Shown here: one piece after another, positions 50,622 through 54,917 of the stretch
Position numbering within the stretch: position 1 is the first letter of the stretch
How the letters are laid out: the number at the start of each line of letters is the position of its first letter
NCBI GenBank assembly: GCA_043818055.1
Contig: JBDRGF010000104.1
Span: forward strand, 1 to 54,917
DNA: 54,917 nt
Reading direction: 5' to 3'
Source of the DNA: Pseudomonadota bacterium
GTDB taxonomy: Bacteria > UBA10199 > 2-02-FULL-44-16 > JBDRGF01
Translations under genes and position numbers: made by a program
The notes under the pieces: model-generated
Database searches by the model: none
Seen by the model: the letters and a program-made list of their open reading frames with translations, nothing else
Told to the model about the DNA's origin: nothing

Positions 50622-51334
50622 ACAAAGAGATATTAAAACAGTTGAAGAAGTTCGAGAAGGTAATCGGATATCGTTTTAAGAATAAAGCCCTTCTCAAAAG
50701 AGCGCTCAGCCATAAATCTTATGTGAATGAACTCGGCCTTCCTGCATTCGAGAGCAATGAGCGCCTCGAGTATCTTGGGGATGCCGTTTTGGAACTTTCG
50801 ATAAGCCATCTCCTCATCAATAAATTTAAAGAGAAGCCAGAGGGTGAGCTTTCAAAGATGCGGGCAGCCGTTGTGAACGAGGAGATTCTTGCGAATTTAG
50901 CAAGAGAGATCAGTCTGGGGCAGATGCTCTTTTTGGGAAGAGGCGAGGACAATACGGGCGGACGCGAAAAGCCCTCCATTCTCTCAGATGCTTTCGAAGC
51001 CGTACTCGGCGCGATCTATCTTGATCGCAATTATGAGAAGGCCAAGAAGGTTGTTGAAAGATTATGGTGCGATCTTCTCGAGGAGACAGGTGCAGAGGGA
51101 TTTATAAGGGATTACAAGACGCGCGCGCAGGAGGTCTTTCAGAGCAAATTCAGAAGTGTGCCTCACTATAAACTGGTCAAACAGAGCGGGCCGGATCATT
51201 CCAAGACCTTCGAGGTGGAGCTCTTTGTTCAGGAGAGACTGATGGGAAAAGGTGCAGGTAAGAGCAAAAAATCTGCAGAGCAGGAAGCCGCGAGAGCTGC
51301 ATTGGAAAAACTCGAAGGGGGTAAGAATGAATAG
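50612..51334 (+). CDS. rnc: Ribonuclease III
   Basis: NERLEYLGDAVL; C-terminal dsRBD. Confidence 0.97.
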   Translation: MGIDKEILKQLKKFEKVIGYRFKNKALLKRALSHKSYVNELGLPAFESNERLEYLGDAVLELSISHLLINKFKEKPEGELSKMRAAVVNEEILANLAREISLGQMLFLGRGEDNTGGREKPSILSDAFEAVLGAIYLDRNYEKAKKVVERLWCDLLEETGAEGFIRDYKTRAQEVFQSKFRSVPHYKLVKQSGPDHSKTFEVELFVQERLMGKGAGKSKKSAEQEAARAALEKLEGGKNE

Positions 51335-52202
51335 ATTCGGTTATGTTTCTATAGTAGGCAGGCCAAATGTCGGCAAATCGACCCTCTTGAATGCCATTCT
51401 GGGTGAAAAGGTTGCGATCGTCACGCATAAGCCGCAGACGACGCGCCGACATTTATCGGGCATCTATTCCGACGACGATTCCCAGATCGTTTTTCTCGAC
51501 AGTCCGGGCTTTCATGAATCGGGAAAACCGCTCAATCAGGCGATGATAGATGAGGTTGCAAAGGTGATATCCGATGCGGATGTCATTTGCGTAATGTTCG
51601 AGGCGGGTATCTTTCCGACAGATCAAGATGAAAAACTCTGGGAGATTGCTACACGCAAGGAGACGATATGCCTTGTCAACAAGGCCGATCTTCTGAACAA
51701 GGATGAGGTTGGTCAGTTTGCGAAACGGTTAAAAGAACTGCTAAACCCGAGCGACATTCTTTTTATATCGGCCAAAAATAATGATGGTGTCAAAGAACTA
51801 GTCGCGTTTCTCAAAACCCGTATCCCCGAGGGCGAAGCTCATTTTCCAAAGGATGAATATGCGCGCCACTCGGTGCGTTTTTTGACGTCGGAATTAATTC
51901 GCGAGCAGCTTTTTTTAGAGGTGCATCAGGAGCTCCCTTATTCAATCGCCGTTCAGATCGATGAATTCAAAGAGCCTCAGGAGGCGAATGGGCTGACTGT
52001 CATCAAGGCGACGATATTTGTGGAGAGGGAATCCCAGAAGCCGATGATCATCGGAAAAGGGGGCAAGAAGATAAAGGAGATCGGAACGAGATCGCGCGGA
52101 GAGATCGAAAAACTGGTCGGCACAAAGGTCTTTTTGGATCTGCACGTCAAGGTACGAAAAGACTGGACGAAAGATCCAAGGGCTGTGAAGGAGTTGTTGT
52201 AA
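51327..52202 (+). CDS. era: GTPase Era
   Basis: GRPNVGKSTL, PQTTR, NKAD, KH domain IIGKGG. Confidence 0.97.
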   Translation: MNRFGYVSIVGRPNVGKSTLLNAILGEKVAIVTHKPQTTRRHLSGIYSDDDSQIVFLDSPGFHESGKPLNQAMIDEVAKVISDADVICVMFEAGIFPTDQDEKLWEIATRKETICLVNKADLLNKDEVGQFAKRLKELLNPSDILFISAKNNDGVKELVAFLKTRIPEGEAHFPKDEYARHSVRFLTSELIREQLFLEVHQELPYSIAVQIDEFKEPQEANGLTVIKATIFVERESQKPMIIGKGGKKIKEIGTRSRGEIEKLVGTKVFLDLHVKVRKDWTKDPRAVKELL

Positions 52203-53192
52203 ATGCGACATGTGAAATTTCTCATCGCAATCGTCGCCTGTTTTCTTTTTGTGGGGACGGCCTTTTCCAAGGAAAAACCATCCTATGAAAAGATCGGCAC
52301 GACGATCGATCTCGACATCTGGGGGATAGCGCGCGCAGACATGGAAGGTGATGGAAATTCGAGCACCTATCTCATCGATCGCAGTTCGCTCTACCTATAT
52401 GAGAACGACACTAAGACTAAAAAGATTCACGATTTTGGCCCAAATATCAAAGCATACAGGATCTATAGCTTCGATCTCGAAGGGGATGGCAAGGATGAAC
52501 TCGTCGTCACTGCGCAATCGCCATATTCGTGGCAGTCGTATCTCTTTAAAAAGAGTGACGATGGTTATGTTGCTATAAACGCGCCGCAGTCGTGGATGCT
52601 GAGGGTAGTTTGTAAGCCGGGTGAGAACTGCGCTCTGATCGGTAAAAGGGACGACAAGATCTACGAGTTTAAATACGAAGATGGAAAGCTCAAGCCCTCA
52701 AAGGTTTACGTCAAATGCAGAAATTGCGATCTCTATAGTTTTAGCTTTCTCAATAATGACGAGATGGCAAAGCTGGCAGATGATAACCGCTTTGAGATCT
52801 GGGAGTTGAAGGGTGAGCGCTTTAAAAAGTCGTGGCGGGGCGGCCCCCATCTCGGCCGAAGCTTGAATATTCTGGATCAAAAGGATATCCCCCTTGCCCC
52901 ACTGGTGGTGAATCAGAATGAAGTCGTGGTCGCGAATTTCAAGCAGCCGATGGCGCAGGTGATCGGCAACAAGCCCTACACATCCGCAAGCCAGCTGATG
53001 ATCCTGAAAAGGGACAACGAACTCGGCTTTGTTGAGAGTAAAACCTCTCCACAGTGGCCAGCCGTTATCACTGACTACCTTCTTGACAAAAAGGCCGATG
53101 GTGAGGCAAAAGGTGTTTTCGTCGTGCTTCAACTTGGCAATTCGTTATTCCATAACGCCAAAAAAAGCGTTTTGGCATATTATGCTCTTTAA
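52203..53192 (+). CDS. Secreted protein with FG-GAP/VCBS-like motifs
   Basis: Signal peptide; DMEGDG and DLEGDGKDELVV. Confidence 0.65.
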   Translation: MRHVKFLIAIVACFLFVGTAFSKEKPSYEKIGTTIDLDIWGIARADMEGDGNSSTYLIDRSSLYLYENDTKTKKIHDFGPNIKAYRIYSFDLEGDGKDELVVTAQSPYSWQSYLFKKSDDGYVAINAPQSWMLRVVCKPGENCALIGKRDDKIYEFKYEDGKLKPSKVYVKCRNCDLYSFSFLNNDEMAKLADDNRFEIWELKGERFKKSWRGGPHLGRSLNILDQKDIPLAPLVVNQNEVVVANFKQPMAQVIGNKPYTSASQLMILKRDNELGFVESKTSPQWPAVITDYLLDKKADGEAKGVFVVLQLGNSLFHNAKKSVLAYYAL

Positions 53193-53245
53193 AAATGAAT
53201 CAACCATGTCTTAGGTTTTTCTAACACCTATGACCTGATTTTTAT

Positions 53246-53322
53246 GGCAGGGTAGCTCAGTTGGTGAGAGCACGGGATTCATAACCCCGGGGTCGGCGGT
53301 TCAAACCCGCCCTCTGCTACCA
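53246..53322 (+). tRNA. tRNA-Met(CAT), probably elongator
   Basis: GGCAGGG acceptor, TTCATAA loop, encoded CCA; lacks the initiator C1 mismatch. Confidence 0.92.
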
Positions 53323-53327
53323 ACCAC

Positions 53328-53357
53328 CCCGGAGGTGGAAGGCTTTCCTCCTCCGGG
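53328..53357 (+). terminator. Hairpin downstream of tRNA-Met
   Basis: CCCGGAGG...CCTCCGGG; weak U-tract. Confidence 0.45.
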
Positions 53358-53417
53358 CTGTGGCGTTTTTCAATAAAAATTACCGTTACAATTTTTCTTA
53401 CTTTCTCTCCAATTTTA

Positions 53418-53444
53418 GCAACATATTTTGATAATCGCCGATAA
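53418..53444 (+). promoter_or_regulatory. Sigma28-like promoter
   Basis: GCAAC-N14-GCCGATAA upstream of an AGGAGG SD. Confidence 0.5.
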
Positions 53445-53465
53445 ACAAGTCACAGGAGGATGTTT

Positions 53466-54737
53466 ATGGGCAACGATAATAATCCAATATGCCGTCTCAA
53501 GAAGCCCCGTTGGTTTGACTTTAATAGGCTCTATACTAATTTTCGCAAAATCAAACTGAAAAGTGGCATCGGTGGCATAGCGCATGGTCAGTACATTGCA
53601 CCAAACGAACATCATGATCATCTTTATGCACGCTGTATTCAAAGAAAACCGTTGGGAGGCATTGTTGGTGTCGGAACATTCAGGATGCTCAACAGGCTTG
53701 TTCATGGCAACTATCCATTCCTCATCATGTTTGACTACGACTACGGAGTTGCTGCCTTCAATAGATTTCTCATAAAGCTCATTAAAATTGCAAAGAACCG
53801 GCGCGAGTTTTTGAGCATCCTCTTCACTGGCGGGATAAAGCGGGAACATATAGAAATGGCAAAGCTAAATAAGTGGTCATCGGTTCGTTTTATACAGCAA
53901 CTGGCTTATCCTGATGCAAAACATCCGATTTTAAAACTAAACTTTTATGACGATTGTGAAAAATTGTTGAGAGGTAATATCAATGCTCGTATCAAAGGGT
54001 GGCAGCATTTTGGTTTAGGCCGTGGATTCAAATCCTATTCAAATAAAAGCAAGGATTTGATCGTATCTCTTCTGTTAAAAAATAAAGCTTTTAGCGATAA
54101 CAAAAAAGATATACTTCATATCAACACCGGATTCGATCTGGTCAGACTGATTTCAAAGAGTAGATATTTTTTGACCGAACCTATTTCCAAAATGAGCTCA
54201 AGTGTAGGTTTTAGATTGAGTCTTGGGGACTACCATAGATCTCGTTCATTTCATAATACATTCGCAGGATCAGATCGATTGTACAAAATGGTGCGTCAAA
54301 AGGCAATATCCGGGCGGATTAAAGTAGTCGTTGGTGATCTGACATCCCCAAAGCACATGCGATCTATTGGAGAGATTTTAAGAACACATAGATATTACAT
54401 TTCGGCTGTTGATATTTCAAATGTCCCGGATTATTTGAACAGGTCGATGCGCATCAGAATGGCTGAAGGCATCAGACAACTTCCACTCACCGTTGGTGCA
54501 AGGCTGTTTTTTACAACGAATATGTTTGCCAACCGATTCTTCATCTATTTTCGAAACGACGGTTGGTTTTACGGCGTAGCTCTTGCTTCAGATGCAAAAA
54601 GAGTTGTTGATTACTGGCAGGATAAAAAGGATCAGAAAGCAGAATTTATGGTAAAGAAAGCAAGGGTCAGGCTTTATACAAGAAAAGATGGCTCAAACAC
54701 CAACCTTCAACCCTATCCATATAATCTTTGCAGATGA
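53466..54737 (+). CDS. Basic hypothetical protein, possibly a SAM-binding Rossmann fold
   Basis: GGIVGVG, IMFDYD, VVGDL, VDISNVPDY; AGGAGG 6 nt before ATG 53466. Confidence 0.6.
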   Translation: MGNDNNPICRLKKPRWFDFNRLYTNFRKIKLKSGIGGIAHGQYIAPNEHHDHLYARCIQRKPLGGIVGVGTFRMLNRLVHGNYPFLIMFDYDYGVAAFNRFLIKLIKIAKNRREFLSILFTGGIKREHIEMAKLNKWSSVRFIQQLAYPDAKHPILKLNFYDDCEKLLRGNINARIKGWQHFGLGRGFKSYSNKSKDLIVSLLLKNKAFSDNKKDILHINTGFDLVRLISKSRYFLTEPISKMSSSVGFRLSLGDYHRSRSFHNTFAGSDRLYKMVRQKAISGRIKVVVGDLTSPKHMRSIGEILRTHRYYISAVDISNVPDYLNRSMRIRMAEGIRQLPLTVGARLFFTTNMFANRFFIYFRNDGWFYGVALASDAKRVVDYWQDKKDQKAEFMVKKARVRLYTRKDGSNTNLQPYPYNLCR

Positions 54738-54917
54738 GGGTATGTTGAAGATAAATTTTAACACCGTAAAAAACATCGCAATTAACCGGCCAATCGGGTC
54801 AGGGATTTTGTGTAGGGAGGATGGGGAAATTGGTTGGGAGATTGTTTTTTTGGATTTCGATGGCAAGCCTTGTCAACCTTCTGACGAGGTTTTTCTGATT
54901 AGAGGGTTGTTTTTTGA

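Noticed and set aside
53200..53240. Structured ncRNA before tRNA-Met
   Set aside because: Only a weak imperfect hairpin with no recognisable family

Overview
Bacterial chromosomal segment, probably from a deltaproteobacteria-like lineage (inferred from the gene orders pyrG-rpoN-hpf-ptsN-hprK-EIIA-HPr-EI-metK and tRNA-Val-thrS-infC-rpmI-rplT-pheST-ihfA-merR-tRNA-Pro, and from an AUC-initiated infC). Most of 14.5-53 kb is housekeeping: regulatory PTS, rplM/rpsI, nifU/nifS, coaX, mreBCD-mrdA-rodA, trxA, translation genes, mnmA-mtaB-rnc-era and three tRNAs. The first 14 kb holds the two most interesting loci. One is a PP2C phosphatase divergent from a pseudokinase plus a kinase-P-loop-TPR gene. 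The other is an eight-gene cluster (6370-13837), my best candidate for an undescribed system. It contains a GlmL/MutL-like ASKHA ATPase with no B12 mutase nearby, a hybrid-motif/KOW protein, two polytopic membrane proteins, and two related membrane-anchored domains predicted to face opposite sides of the membrane. Non-coding structure includes a 109-bp CTAG-bounded MITE-like element (3 copies), several heptamer/octamer repeat palindromes, REP-like hairpins and sigma28-like GCCGATAA boxes. The kdsA/kdsD/kdsC/lptCAB block often found between pyrG and rpoN is absent. All family calls come from motif recognition by eye; no database searches were run.
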